Shown one piece after another: positions 35,189 to 48,800 of a stretch of DNA of 64,000 nucleotides (positions within the stretch are counted from its first letter, which is position 1; each line of letters begins with the position of its first letter). The position numbers and the translations under genes were made by a program. The stretch comes from Podospora anserina (Eukaryota): positions 2,666,001-2,730,000 of the forward strand of contig CM030332.1 in assembly GCA_017654855.1 (NCBI GenBank). Direction: 5' to 3'. The notes below the pieces were generated by a model. That model had not been told where the DNA came from. It was given only the letters and a program-made list of their open reading frames with translations, and ran no database searches.

Positions 35189-38100
35189 ATTTGCGGACGA
35201 CGGGTAGGAAAGTCCAGGGTGATATATTATACGATGAGATCTGGGGGCGTTGTCTTGTCTATGAAGGGGGAAGAGCCGGTGGAGCTCCCGATATCTTGGT
35301 TGAGAGGTGGGGAGTCAATGACCCTAGGCGGCATACATGGTCCTGCGGCTGCGCAACGGGAGTGTTGTGTCGGGTGTCACTGTCTTTGCCAGCTACAAAT
35401 GCGCCAGCCACGGTCCGAATTCCGCTTGGAAGTGCTATGGAAGGTCGCAGCAGAAGCAGGAATGCGGTTCAGGAGAAATCAAGTGATCGGCGTGTCGAGA
35501 GCAGGAGGATTGAAAGAGAAGAGTTGGAGTGTTGCTGTTGCTGGCGCGCGCACTGCTAGATGAGGCACGCCGCACCTGTTCCTTGGGCCAGTGGCCCGCT
35601 GACAGGGGTGATAATTGGGGGCGAGGCGCAGGGCGACGGCTGCGGTTCCGAGCCTGGACCGAGCCAAGCGCTTAAAGTGCTTGTGGAAAGGAAAGGGGGG
35701 AATGCAAAGATACCAACGGTCAAGAGGTTGAGATGATCAATCTTTGATGGAAAACACCAGATATCAAGGTATAACAGAATGGTGAGGTTGTGTAGAGATA
35801 AAGCTGAGAAGGCGGGAGGCAGCCGAAAACATGGATTAAGGCAAAGATGGATAACGATAGACCGAATTGATCAGTCAGCTGCATCTATGGGCGGGCAACC
35901 TGCAGAAATGGTGGTAACATCAAAAAAAAAAAAAGGAGTGATGGAAAGGGGACTGAGAGGTTGCAGAATTCAGTGTGGCTACTCAGACACGATATTGAAA
36001 GCCGAAGGGGACAAGATGGATGAATTGGCTTCTGTCATCCAGAGTCAAGCCACAGCACAGGCACAAGAGAGAACGCCGACTGTTCCGCCTCTTGGGTTGG
36101 CAGATTCGGCCACCGTCAGGACCCGTGAGAATGCGGCGACAAAGTATGGTGAGACGGTCAATGGTGAGATGGTCGAGGAGGGGAACCGTTTGGTGGGGCA
36201 ACAGTGTGCAACAAGCAACGCCCAAGACAGATAATGATGGGGAATCACCAATATCGCTCATGGATACGATTCGAGAAGGTCCCTGGGTAGCACTGTAGAG
36301 AATGCTGTGATTCGCAGACGACATGAGGCAGTGCCTCTCCCTTGCCGATGGGCAGAATTGGCAGACCCAAGAGGCAGAATTGCATCTGTATAACCTTCAA
36401 CCCCGCGCTGGGGTTTTCTGTGGTGAGGGCTCGAACAGGAAGCTTGTCCCCACCCCACCTTCGCGCTACTGACAAGGCATCCACTGCACGGCGAGCGGTA
36501 GGCGCACAGCCACCCTGGACGTGGCATAGAAATGCAGGAAAGAAGAGGGCAAGGCATTTTGAAAGTAACGCCAGGAGTCTCCCTAGTTTCAAACTCGCCA
36601 GTTCGGCGCCCTGTTATTGAGACACCTCACACAGCATCTGTCGATTTAAAAGAATCTCAAGATTCTCGGCAACAACTCGTCAAAAAGTGCTTGTCTTTGT
36701 TAGCGTGCCGATCATGCAAAGAAACCCGAGCGTCTCCACAAGGCCGTGGTGGATCTGTCAAGTCCAGGCCAGTATCATGATCCTCTCTGCTTTCCTCCTG
36801 AATTCTGTGTTTCTCATGATCGAGTGACCACATCGACAAAGCCATTGTCTGCTTGCAACTGACAATTTCCACAGCTTTAGGCTTCCTGATGTTGCATAAC
36901 AACTGCTGACATCAAAGCCCGGTTTTCGGCATCTTTTAAGTGTTATCGCTGGTTTGCCAAGCTCCCGTAGGGCCTGCACAGCCTCGTGGCGTTGACCCTC
37001 GCTGTTTGTCTTGGGTGCCGTCCGTTCGGATCATGGCGTCAGTCCCGGCCCCGCAACCTCCGCAACGGCGGGCCATGCCGTCTGAAATGTTTCTTCCCTT
37101 TGGAAACATGAGGAGAAGGATTACTAACCGTACGGCCCGGCAGTTGTTGATACGAACAGACGCCCGGCGGATTCCGGCAAGAGCGGCACCTTTTTGATCA
37201 GCCTCAAAGCATCTACCGAGTGTGATTCGTGATCCCTTGCGGACGTGTAGTTCTCCACTAGACAAGCCTCCTCCGGCGGTGGCTTGACTGCTTGGTTGTG
37301 TAACATTTGTTTCAACCTCGCGATCCCCTGCCCCCAGACGCCCGGAACAAATATGGAGTTTATTTCCAGAATACCTTGACCAGTCCAGACTCGGTATATG
37401 CCCCCAAGGTTTGTTCAGCTATCGTGCTTCGAAACCGAGAGGTGCGAGTGGAATAGGTCTGGGGTGCAGCAATCATAGGCCAGCATGTATGGCCGCATGT
37501 ATTACGAATGTCCCAATTCCGAGCGACGGGCAGGTGATTTATGCTTCTCTGTAGCCGGCATTTGCTCATCCCCGCTGTTTCATGCGACTGATCCTGATCG
37601 TGCCACATGGTCGTGATGAAAGCGGCCCTGGCAAGCGAAGGATTCAAGGTTATCACACACTCATACCAGCCACATCATACCTAGGCTACAATATACAATG
37701 CGCTGGCATCTCGCGGTTTGTTGTGGCTTTACTCGCTGCTATCTTCCTGCCTAATCTGCCTGTGTCTCGGATTTTTGATATTCGCAAACATCATTTTGCA
37801 TCCCTGAGTTAGTTGCAACCATGTCAAAGTAGACGATAGAAAAGTCAGACGGCAGGGACCTCGACATATCATCCTTTCATAACTCTTCTTCTTAGCACAT
37901 GGTCGGTTAATTATAGAAGACTCGAAATTCATGGAACAAAAACAGGTGATGGAGGACTGACTCCTAGAATCAAATAAAACCTTGAGAGAGAAAAGATAAG
38001 AGAAACAGCTAGAGTAGACCACTACATGTAAAGTAAACAACAGACAAATAAAATCGCAAAAAGCTCACCGACCATTGACCGGTTACGAAAACCTAGAGGT

Positions 38101-38940
38101 TTTAACGAAGAATCGAACGGGGGCGTCTCGGGGTTCTCGGTGAACCCCGGCGGAGGGCAGCCCCAATAGCCTTACCACTTGACCGCGAGAGCTTTGTGAT
38201 GAGGGTACTGGGGCTGGTTGAAATCTACTAGGTCGAACTAATACATAAAGCTTCTACCGGCTGGTGCCTAGCGCTGAGGACCTTGATGGTTGGCAAAAGT
38301 CATACACAACCCAACAGGAAAGAGCGAGTGAGCCATCAACGGATCTCGCGACTTCTGTTCGGATGTCTGCCGGCTCTGTCAATCTCCTTCGCTTTCACAA
38401 ACACTTTTTGTCTTCCCTATCGTCTGCTCCTACATATCCTCTCTGCTCCTCGCTGATGACGGTCAAGATTATGTCTTTATCGATAGACAATTACTCCCCT
38501 ACTCTTCTTTCTTAAATCCCACGTACACTCTCATCCGATGTTGAAATCTCACCGCGAAATCACCGCTCCCATATAGCCGTGGACCATGGAATAATAACTC
38601 GGTCTTATCAACATCCATGCTTCTTAGACCAAGCTGATATGACGCGGTCTGCCTTTTTACAAGAAAAGTTTTTCCATGGCACGAGGTTGACTGAATTCTC
38701 CCTTTAGATACCCACTCGACCGGAACAGATGGCATCTCGTCCCGTTCATGCTGAACATCGATAACGGGTCAACAACAAGAGCAGGGCTGGTTGAACGGAC
38801 ATAGCGGTAATACCCTCTCTTCTAATACACCTTCCGATTATAGGCCAAGAAGAAGCCGCACAAAGACGTTCCGTCCGGCTGGGTCTTGTTTCATGTTATT
38901 CGCGCGCATCGTCCAGCATTCCCGTCTCCGATCGATTACC

Positions 38941-38954
38941 CGGCCGCATCACCG
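38941..38954. promoter_or_regulatory. Candidate Zn2Cys6 (ClrB/CLR-2-type) site CGG-N8-CCG upstream of the GH7 gene
   Basis: CGGccgcatcaCCG about 590 bp before the ATG; TATA-like TATAAG at 39455-39460. The motif is short and can occur by chance. Confidence 0.35.
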
Positions 38955-39540
38955 GGATTTGCATTTTTGCCTATATTAACCCTCTAATCAGAGCCTCAAT
39001 GCTTGGACTTCTTGTCCCGCAAGCTTGTAGTGCTTGTCCGAGATAGGGTGCCATCCAGACCCGCTGATCAGGGATCGACGTCAATGCTTCCCGGTTGATA
39101 AATCTGCCCAAATAGGAGGCTTTTCGAGTCCCTGAGATCCGGGAGATCATCCCGCATGAGGGGGAAAACGATTTGGTTGGAATGGAGGCAATGGTTCGTG
39201 GGGTTGTGATAAGCGAGCCCGAGGCTTACGACGCGGGATGGTATTGCTAGCCGCTGGAGAATTGATCAACACCCATTGTGTTGGGGTCGTTGCTCCATCT
39301 CTTGGTCAGTTGGCATGATGATGCTTGTAAGCGACGACGGCAAGAGATCACAAGTGAATATCCTGCCACCTCGAGGTAATTTGTCTTCCTCCGTGACAAA
39401 CTTGGCAACTCAACCGGGCACAATAATGGGTTCAACATGTCGAACGACGAGAGGTATAAGATGATGGATCTGTCAGTGAAAGAGAGAAGATTGGAAAGAG
39501 GCACCGCACTCATCTCCCGTCGTCCACCCTCATAGCCACC

Positions 39541-41098
39541 ATGTACCGCTCAGCAACTTTCCTCACCTTTGCCAGCCTCGTGCTTGGACAACAAGTTGGC
39601 ACCTACACAGCTGAGCGCCATCCTTCTATGCCTATCCAAGTGTGCACTGCACCGGGCCAATGCACAAGGGAGAGCACGGAGGTGGTCCTTGATGTAAGTT
39701 ATCATCAAAGCCATAGGTTCCAAGATTGACATCTAACTCACCCCAACCAGGCCAACTGGCGCTGGACACATATCACGAACGGGTACACCAACTGCTACAC
39801 CGGCAACGAGTGGAACGCAACCGCCTGCCCAGACGGAGCCACCTGCGCGAAGAACTGCGCCGTCGACGGCGCCGACTACAGCGGCACCTACGGCATCACC
39901 ACCCCTTCCTCCGGAGCCCTGAGGCTCCAGTTTGTCAAGAAGAACGACAACGGCCAGAATGTCGGCTCCAGAGTCTACCTCATGGCCAGCTCGGACAAGT
40001 ACAAGCTGTTCAACCTCCTCAACAAGGAATTCACCTTTGACGTGGACGTCTCCAAGCTCCCGTGCGGGTTGAACGGCGCCGTGTACTTTAGCGAGATGCT
40101 CGAGGATGGTGGGCTCAAGTCTTTCAGCGGGAACAAGGCCGGTGCCAAGTATGGCACTGGGTATTGCGACTCTCAATGCCCGCAGGATATCAAGTTTATC
40201 AATGGCGAGGTACACCACCCCCCCCCCAACCCTTTCCCCCTTCCCTCTACTCATAAAATACTAACCCCCCCCTCCCCTCCCCACAGGCAAACGTCGAAGG
40301 CTGGGGCGGAGCCGACGGCAACTCAGGCACAGGCAAATACGGCATCTGCTGCGCGGAAATGGACATCTGGGAAGCAAACTCGGACGCGACAGCCTACACC
40401 CCGCACGTCTGCTCCGTCAACGAGCAGACCCGCTGCGAGGGCGTCGACTGCGGCGCCGGCAGCGACAGGTACAACTCCATCTGCGACAAGGACGGCTGCG
40501 ACTTCAACTCGTACCGCCTCGGCAACAGGGAGTTTTACGGCCCCGGCAAGACGGTCGACACGACCAGGCCCTTCACCATCGTCACCCAGTTTGTCACCGA
40601 CGACGGGACCGACAGTGGCAACTTGAAGAGTATTCATCGGTATTACGTCCAGGATGGGAATGTGATTCCTAATTCTGTCACCGAGGTTGCGGGGGTGGAC
40701 CAGACGAATTTTATCAGTGAGGGTTTCTGCGAGCAGCAGAAGAGTGCGTTTGGGGATAATAATTATTTTGGGCAGCTGGGGGGGATGAGGGCTATGGGGG
40801 AGAGCTTGAAGAAGATGGTGTTGGTTTTGAGCATTTGGGATGATCAGTATGTTTCACCCCCCTTTTTCCAAACCCGAGAGAGATGAAGCTAATGATGAGA
40901 AACAGTGCTGTGAACATGAACTGGCTCGACAGCATCTTCCCCAACGATGCTGACCCGGAGCAGCCAGGTGTTGCTCGCGGGAGGTGCGATCCTGCTGATG
41001 GAGTGCCGGCGACGATTGAGGCTGCTCATCCGGATGCGTATGTTATTTACTCCAACATCAAGTTTGGGGCTATCAACTCGACTTTCACTGCCAATTAG
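39541..41098 (+). CDS. Secreted glycoside hydrolase family 7 (cellobiohydrolase-like), no CBM1. Exons 39541-39693, 39751-40209, 40287-40846, 40906-41098
   Basis: Signal peptide then [55 protein letters not shown]; catalytic EMDIWE; LSIWDDH..MNWLD; YSNIKFG. Confidence 0.96.
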
Positions 41099-42841
41099 AT
41101 GGGCATGGTAGACTGGGCGTGTTGGGGTAGGGTTGAACCTTGCTAGAAAAAGGTGCCTGGGTTATGGTAGATGGTAGTGATACCGTATATATGGGGGTTT
41201 TACATACGGCTACAACTTACATAGATTGCATTTTCTTGTCCCCTTCACAAAAGTGATCACGTTTTTTCTATTCTCTTATCGACACTGTCTAGTGCTTATG
41301 AACCGGCCTTCCTCCCATCTCGAGAGAAACCATCTTGCATGTGACAGTGCTGGCCTCGATGGGCATTCCTTTGATCCCCAGCCAGCCCAACTTTCTTGTA
41401 TAGACAGGGCCCAACGTTGACATTTTGGCTGCCTTATCGCTTCCACCCAAGTCGTTTGTCGCATATATAAATGTCAAGAATGTCTACCAACTTCAAGTCC
41501 AGCTCAATTGCAGTGGACATCTCCAAGGCGAACAAAACTGGGAGCAATAATGATCCACTGCCGTGCCCAAACAGACTGCAGTGGTGTTTGCTTGCTCTGG
41601 GTTACAACGCGCGACATACCCCGCATGGATACCACGATACCCAATCCTCCAGCAAAAGTCATCCAAGACTATCAGAAAGAGGCAAAAATGCACAAGTGAT
41701 CGACATCGCAATGCGGCATAATAGGTCAGTTGAGCAAAAGTCCAGTCGTCGACAAGCAACTCGCCAAAAGAAGAGGCAACCCAACTTTTTGTCTTCAGCG
41801 ACACACTGTGCGACACGTGTGAAATCGAAAAGGGTCCCGTCCTTTCCGCCCTTTTCTGCAGCAGACGGGAGATCCTATCGACGATGGGGTATCCAAGTCA
41901 AAAAGTAGCGGCAGGCCGCGTATGTACCGACTCAGTACACTCAATATTGTATCCATACACAATACAAGCGGTGAAGAAAATGTTTCCTTCTAGTTTGATA
42001 GGGTATAGCAATCGGAAGCTGGGAATGCAAGACATACCTATACTCTGTAACTTCTGATGGTGACTGATGACACGAATCGGGCATCATTATTCGAGAATCC
42101 AGCAGCAGGACAAATGAAAATGCTGCCCTGTGAAACCCAACGACGCCTCTCGTTACCTTCCCATTCCAAAAAATACGGCCGGGTATTCCTGGCTGACTGA
42201 TCCGGGTTGGTGTTGGTGACTGGTCGTGACCTGCAGGTTGAGTCTGTATCTTGTCCAATCATTGGCCGTGGCGGTCGACGTCGCGGTCCCAGTGTCAGCT
42301 GAAGTCGTCGCGAAAGAAAAAAGAGGAGGGTGGTCCGTGGGGAAAAAAAGCTAGGGAAGGGTCAGCCGCGGGCGCTTGTTTGATTCTGTCCCCACAAGGC
42401 CAAGGGCCAAGCGCTGACAACCTCTCTCGGTTTGCTCCACTTTCTTGGTGAGGGGAGCTTTCAGACCCCGGCCCCAGAGCAGACGAGTTCAGGGTTCGGG
42501 CAGTTCCAGAGCTGGGTTAGCTGCGACCCCCAGCCTCTTGATTGATTGATGGTTCGGATGGAACAATCCATCTCAGATCTCCAAACAACAACACACACCT
42601 GAACCTCCATCTTCCATCCTATCCTTTCCCCAGTCTTTCGTTCCTTACTCTTGATCTTTGAAACCCAGTTGTCGCGATACTCGCTGGGTGTTGACGAAAC
42701 TAATACCAAGGCGCAAATCTGATTTTTTGAAATCAAGTACCCCTTATCGCGTGAAATAAACACAACAAAAAACAACCCACTTCAATGAATGGAACGTGAA
42801 GGAAGTTTGGACGACAGGTTGTTTCTTGAGCTTTCGCCAAA

Positions 42842-45800
42842 ATGATGCGAGAGCCAACGGCCCGTCGCCGGAGCCCAGAGAGCTCCCGGCGGCGACGCGC
42901 CGAGCGTCGGCATTCCAGAGAACAGCTCGCTGCTGCCGCCGCTGTCGCCGCCGGCGTCGTCGCTGCCCAGCCCGCCCCCCTACTACCACAACAACTACCA
43001 CCCGGACCCGAAGTAGGCGACCGCGCAATAATCCCGCCCGTGTCATCATCCCAAACCCACACTCCTACGCAGCACATGACGGCGCTATCTTCGTCCCAGA
43101 CACAAACTCCCACGCAGCACCAATATCACCGATCTAGGGCCGATTCCACCACATCCGCCTCCTCGTCGACCTCTTCGTCGCTGGTGAATGTCTCCCGTCG
43201 AAGCCGATTTGGCATCCGTAACTTCTTTGCCCTGTCATCCGTGAAGAAGGTCAAAAAGCGGCGCTCTTTCAAGAGGAAGAACTATTCGACGTCTTCAGTT
43301 GACAGCGATCTTGCCTACGGCAACGGATATGTGTCGCGGTCGTCCATCGAAAGTACCCATCGCCCATCGCCTTCACAGCACCAACAGATCCCGCAATATC
43401 CACAGCACCACCAGCCATATACCCCGGGGGCTTTCTCCCATGTAAGCGGCGCATATCCAGCACCACCAGGACCCTACTCCCCTCATCACTATAGCCAACA
43501 TGGACACCACCCTGGCCAAGGTTACCCTCCTCCTCTCCCGCATCAATATGGCCAGCCCCATCCGCGACAAGGTCCCAATGTTGGTCCGGACGGTCCTCCG
43601 GTCCTCAAGCGTGTCCAAACCGACGAGGAGATCATCGCCATTGGCAGGAAACTGTCCGACCTCGCCCGTGCTGAGAACCTCCGCGACCTCGAACGCCAGG
43701 GTAAATCTCGTCCTTCCCGTATGGTGGCCACCGCGACAGCTGTCTCTGCTTTCCACCGTAAAAACTCTGGCGGGATTCGCGGCATCAGCTCCTCTCGGCC
43801 AAATAAATCGCAGTCTTCCTCTAGTGATGAAGAATGGGAATCCGCCTCCGACTCCGACTCCGACTCTGATTCTCCCAGCTCTGATTCAGACTCTGGTCTC
43901 GCTTACGGTTCCATGCCTCGTTTTTCGGACCCCATCCTTCCTCCGCTGACAGCTCTAGCCGGGACAGCAGGCGTCATGGGCGCAGCGATTGGAGCCGGTA
44001 GCCTAGCTCCCACCATCATCTCTGAGCGCCCATCTGAAGCCATCCGTCCGCCAGACCGCAAGCCAAGCGCCGTCGATCCAGCAATGTTTGGTCCCGTGAA
44101 CTCTCTCCGGGGATATGTGAATACTCCTTGCGGTTTTAGGCCTGGGGAGTATGTCTCTCCGGTGCAGTCTCAGTATCAGTCTCCCGCACTGGCGCACAGA
44201 GTGACGGCTGAGAACCCGATTCCATTGCCGGGAAGCGCAAGCAATGAAGCTCTGGTGCAAAGGCAGAGACAGCAGCAGCATGGTTTTGATCAGCCTATCA
44301 CTGCGACCAATCTTGGTACCCCAGTGCAAATTCAAGCCCCGCGACCAAGAATTCCCGTCTCGCCTCAGGTGTTGGAAGAGCGAGGTCATCATAGGGAGCA
44401 TGAGATTAGCACGGGCAGTCCGAAGAAGCGCAGAGAGAGGGAGCGAGAGAGAGATAAAGAGAGTAATATCTCAGCAGCTCTTCCGGCTGTCGTGGGTGCT
44501 ATTGGGGCTGCGGTTGTTGCTGGTGCGGTGTTGAATAATAATAAGGACGAGGGGAGGAGGCCCGACGAGAAACGTGATGAGAGGCCACTACGTGATGATG
44601 ATTATGATCGGGAGAGACGCCGCCGTTATGATGATGATGCCAGGCGGAGCACCATTGATATTAATGATAAGAGGGATGAGAGATATAATAGGTAAGCTTC
44701 TTCTGAAGTTGTTTTGTGTCGTCTGTGTGTTTTACGACTTCAGATGAAATAAGGTTGGGCAGAGTGAGTGGTGGCTGACATGTGCTCAGACGCGACTACG
44801 ACCGTCCACCCACGTCAGATGCCACTAGATCGGATGAACGGTATTGTGAGCGTGAGCGTGAGCGTGACCGCCATTACGATACGCCGACTGGTCGCGACCG
44901 GGATGATAATCGCTATTCTCGACGGGAGCCCGAGAGCAAAGGTGGTATTTCCGAGGTCATCACTCCCGCTGTTATCGGTGCCGTGGCTGGTGCCGTGCTC
45001 GCAGCCGGTGCTCGTAGGGATAGCAAGACTTCGCCTGTTCACCGAACCTCGCCCAGCCTGGAGCGTGACGATGGATACAAGGAGCGTATGCGGCTCGAGC
45101 AGGAAGTCAAGCGGCATCGCGAGGACAGTGAACGTCACGCCCGTGAGGAACAGCGCTTGCGCGATGAATACGAGGTCCGCATGAAGGAGATCCGCGAGAA
45201 GGCCGAGGAGGAGGAGCGCCGGGCTAGGGAGGAGAAGAAGAAGCAAGAGTGGATCGAGCAGCAGGAGAGGATCGTCCGGGAGCAACGCAAGATTATCTAT
45301 CAGCAGGAGCGTGTGGCTAATGACGAGCGCGAAAAGGCTGAGCGCGACCGGAGATCCAGAGATGCCAACCAGAAGAGGGAGCGGGAGGAGAAGCGGGCTT
45401 TGGAAGCAAGTGGCGGACGTGAGCCAAGTCGTGATAAAGAGCGATCGCGAGATCGGAGAAAGGACGTGATTGTTGTCGTTGAGGGACGTCCTGATGTTGC
45501 TGACTCGGTTCCTGCCCCTGCTCCTACCCCTGCTCGCTCTGAGGTCAGCAAAGGGAAGGAGCGCGAGGTTGCTCCTCCACCTTCGGCACCTGCCCTCGAT
45601 GAGAAAAAGCCAGCTGGGGCCGACTCTCTGGCTCCTGCTGTCAAGAAGAAGTCCAAGGAGGAAAGGAGGCAAGCAAGGGAAGAGCTCCGCAAGTTGCTTG
45701 CTGAAACTCAGAAACAGATCGAGGCTGAGAAGGAGCGAGCCAGGCGGTTGGCTGAGCTGGAGGCTATTCAGGGTGCCCCTTCTGCCATTACCGTCGAGCC

Positions 45801-48800
45801 ACCTGCCGAATTATCTCGTGGGGAGCCGTCAGGCAGCAGCAGCAGCCGTGCTCCTGCCGTTGTTGACCCTTTCCAGTTCCAAGTCCCGACCGACGCCTTC
45901 CCAACTCCTTCCCATACCCCTCCCACTGATCGACCGTTGACCCCTGCCATTCTCACTGTCGAGCCAGACTGGGATCGCTTGGAGCCCGAGCCAGAAGGGG
46001 AGGTGCGGGAGCGTCTCAGCCGCCGTGAGTCGTATGAACTTGAGATTGCCCGAGCTCAGAAGATCGTTGAGGAAACCAACAAGTCGACTATCCCCGCCGA
46101 TCCTGCCACCATCGCTGCTGCCATTGCCGTCGTCGAGTCTTCCGAGAATGATAGAGAGCGCTCCCGCTCTCGCGCGCCCTCCAGAGGCCGTGACCGTGAG
46201 CCTGTCCGGGATCCTGTCCAGGAGGAAGCCAATCGAGTCTATCGCGAACGCAAGATCGCTGAGAGAATCGCAGGAGAGGAGTCCCGTTCTCGCAGCGTTT
46301 CGCCTTCGCCTTCCATCATGGACAAGTACGAGGATAACGGCGAAGATCCCGTGGTCCGTATCGTCACTCCCCCTGAGATGAAGCGTGCTCCAAAGAAGTC
46401 GGTGTTTGACGGCCCCAACGCTGATGTGAGGATTGACAATGTGATTATGCCTCATGACTTGGTCAAGTACCAGGCTCCTCCCGCGATTCCAGGTGTCAAC
46501 CCGGCCATGATGATGCCCATCTTCAAGTCTAGGGATCCGTCGTGTGAGAGGGAGAGACCGATGCTCATTTTGGTGTTGCCTACTCCTGCAGTATCGCCTA
46601 ACCCGGAAAAGATGATGCGGTCTGTGAGCTCATCTTCCCAGGCGGCGACTGTGGTTGATGCCGAACCGCCCAAGGACAAGGACGAGCCTGCCACCCCTCC
46701 TCGGAGCCCCAAGAAGGAAACAAAAATCATCATGACTCGTCGCGGTGAGGCTGTGGAGGTACCCGATGATTATGACACTGGTCGCGTGAGGGAGTCCCCC
46801 GAGAGCAGAGACGCGTCTCAGGAGAGGAAACCACTGAAGTTCAAGTTCGCGTCTCCGGGCAAGAAGACCAATGCTTGGTCGTCTACGCTGGCGGCTGCTA
46901 TTGCTGGTGCCACTGCTCTTGCTGCGAAGAGGAAAGAGGAAGCCAAGGCCGCGGAGGCTGCCGCGGAGGCTTCTGGTTCCAGGGCGATCGAGGGCGAGAG
47001 TGCTTCGGCAGCTGTTGTTGAAGAGAAGCGAAAGCCGGCCATTGTTACTGCTGAGCCGCCTTCAGAGCCGAGAGAGGTTGTGCCTGAGCGAGAACAAAGA
47101 GATACCTCGCCTGGTCCCGCCATCTCTGAGCCCCCGTCTACCCCACCACAACAGAGGAGGTATGTTCCCATTGATCTGGAAGATGAGACGCCCCCACGGG
47201 TCGGCCCGAAGCCGACATCATCCAGCCCCAGCTTGAGCCGGATGCCGGGCTCTTTCGAGGAAGATCTTGACTTCAACGCCACCGTGGCTGCTGGACTGCA
47301 GGCTTCGGGCTTTGATCCCAACATTGTGATCAAGAACGAAGATTTCCGCCGACGGGACTCCCCTCGCGGCTCAACCCAGCCATTCTATGTACCTCCTTCT
47401 GCCGAGACTGTTACTGATCCAAGTGACTCTAGCCGCCCATCACCTGCTGTTGTCACCGCCGCGCCCACAGAGCTTCCTATTGTACCGGCACAAGCTGAGC
47501 AAGACTTTGATTCTTCCCCCAGGAGGAAGTCCAACTCTTCAGAGGTGTCACGCAGCAGCTCAGGCAGCAAGAAGAGCAACAGGAGAAGCCATATGAGCAC
47601 CAGGAAAGATTATGTCGACATACCAGAGCACGAAGAGCCACCAGACAGGCCAAACGAAGAGGACCTCTCTGGAAGGGTTCCCTCCAACCTATCCAGAGAA
47701 GCTTCTTCATTCCAGGTGGTCGACCAGCCAAAAGAGGAGTCCTTTCGGGTAGTCGAGCGAGGGTTGAGTTCGACTCCGTCTGATCCTGTTGGCCAGACGA
47801 ACGACCAAGCCGACGATGCCAAGCACATCACTGGCAACGCTCAGCAACCCGCAGAGAACAGGGACAAGCAGTCTTTTTTAGCTAGAGCCGGCACCAGTGG
47901 CGACGGTGCCGGCCTGATGGAAGTCCAGGCTTTTGCAAGCCCGTACTCCCATCTCAACGCCGTCCTGCCCTCTTCCATAATTGAAGAGGTATTCAAAGGA
48001 TTAGGGGAAGCCAAAGACACCCAAGAGCCCATCTGGCGCCGTGAGCGAAGCATCAGCTACAGCTCCCAGAAGGTCGACCCTGAAGTCCAGGTGCATCGTG
48101 AGATTAAGCCAGCGATCGATCCCCAGTTTGGAGACCTGCTTCCTCTGCCTCCTAGTGAGCCAAATTCCCCTGACGATCCCAGCTTTTACGAATTGGACGG
48201 CTTCTTCCCTTCCTTGCCGGAGAGTCGCCCTAATACTCCGCCTCAAGAGCAACGGACCCGAAGCGCGACTGTCTCATCTCGCCGTCAGGGTCAGGGTCAT
48301 GTCAGAACTCCCAGTCGAACAGCAGTTCCGTTACCGTTGGTGATGGGCCGGCGATCTGTGCCATCTTCACCTCGGGTTGGAAGATCAAGCCCTGTTCAAG
48401 GTGTGGAGCAGCCGTACTCGCCCCCTAAGAGTAGACAGGCTAGACCAACAAGCTGGGATATGGGGAAGGAGTACAAGCCGTTGTGGTTGATTGAGAAGAA
48501 AGGCGGAGAGGAGAAGAGGGCGCCGAATGTGGTGGACTACCCCGCGCTGCCGGAGAGTGAGAGTGAGCCGCCTTCGAGTGCACCCGAATCTCCTGGCTTT
48601 GATGCTGTAGATCGAGATGAGGATGTCGATGTCGGCTACCTTCAGCGCGGCGGTTTTGGTTTTGCAGGTGCTTCCATTGGAGCGTTGGGAGCGCTCGGTG
48701 CTGGTAGGATTCTACAGGATCAGCTCAAGATTGACGTGCCACTTGCGAGATCATTCGAGCAGCAATCATCTGGGTTCGGATCTGGAGAGACCACGCCCCG

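Noticed and set aside
35200-39500. Short ORFs or transposon remnant in the long spacer
   Set aside because: No codon bias, domain motifs, terminal repeats or RIP-like AT richness seen.
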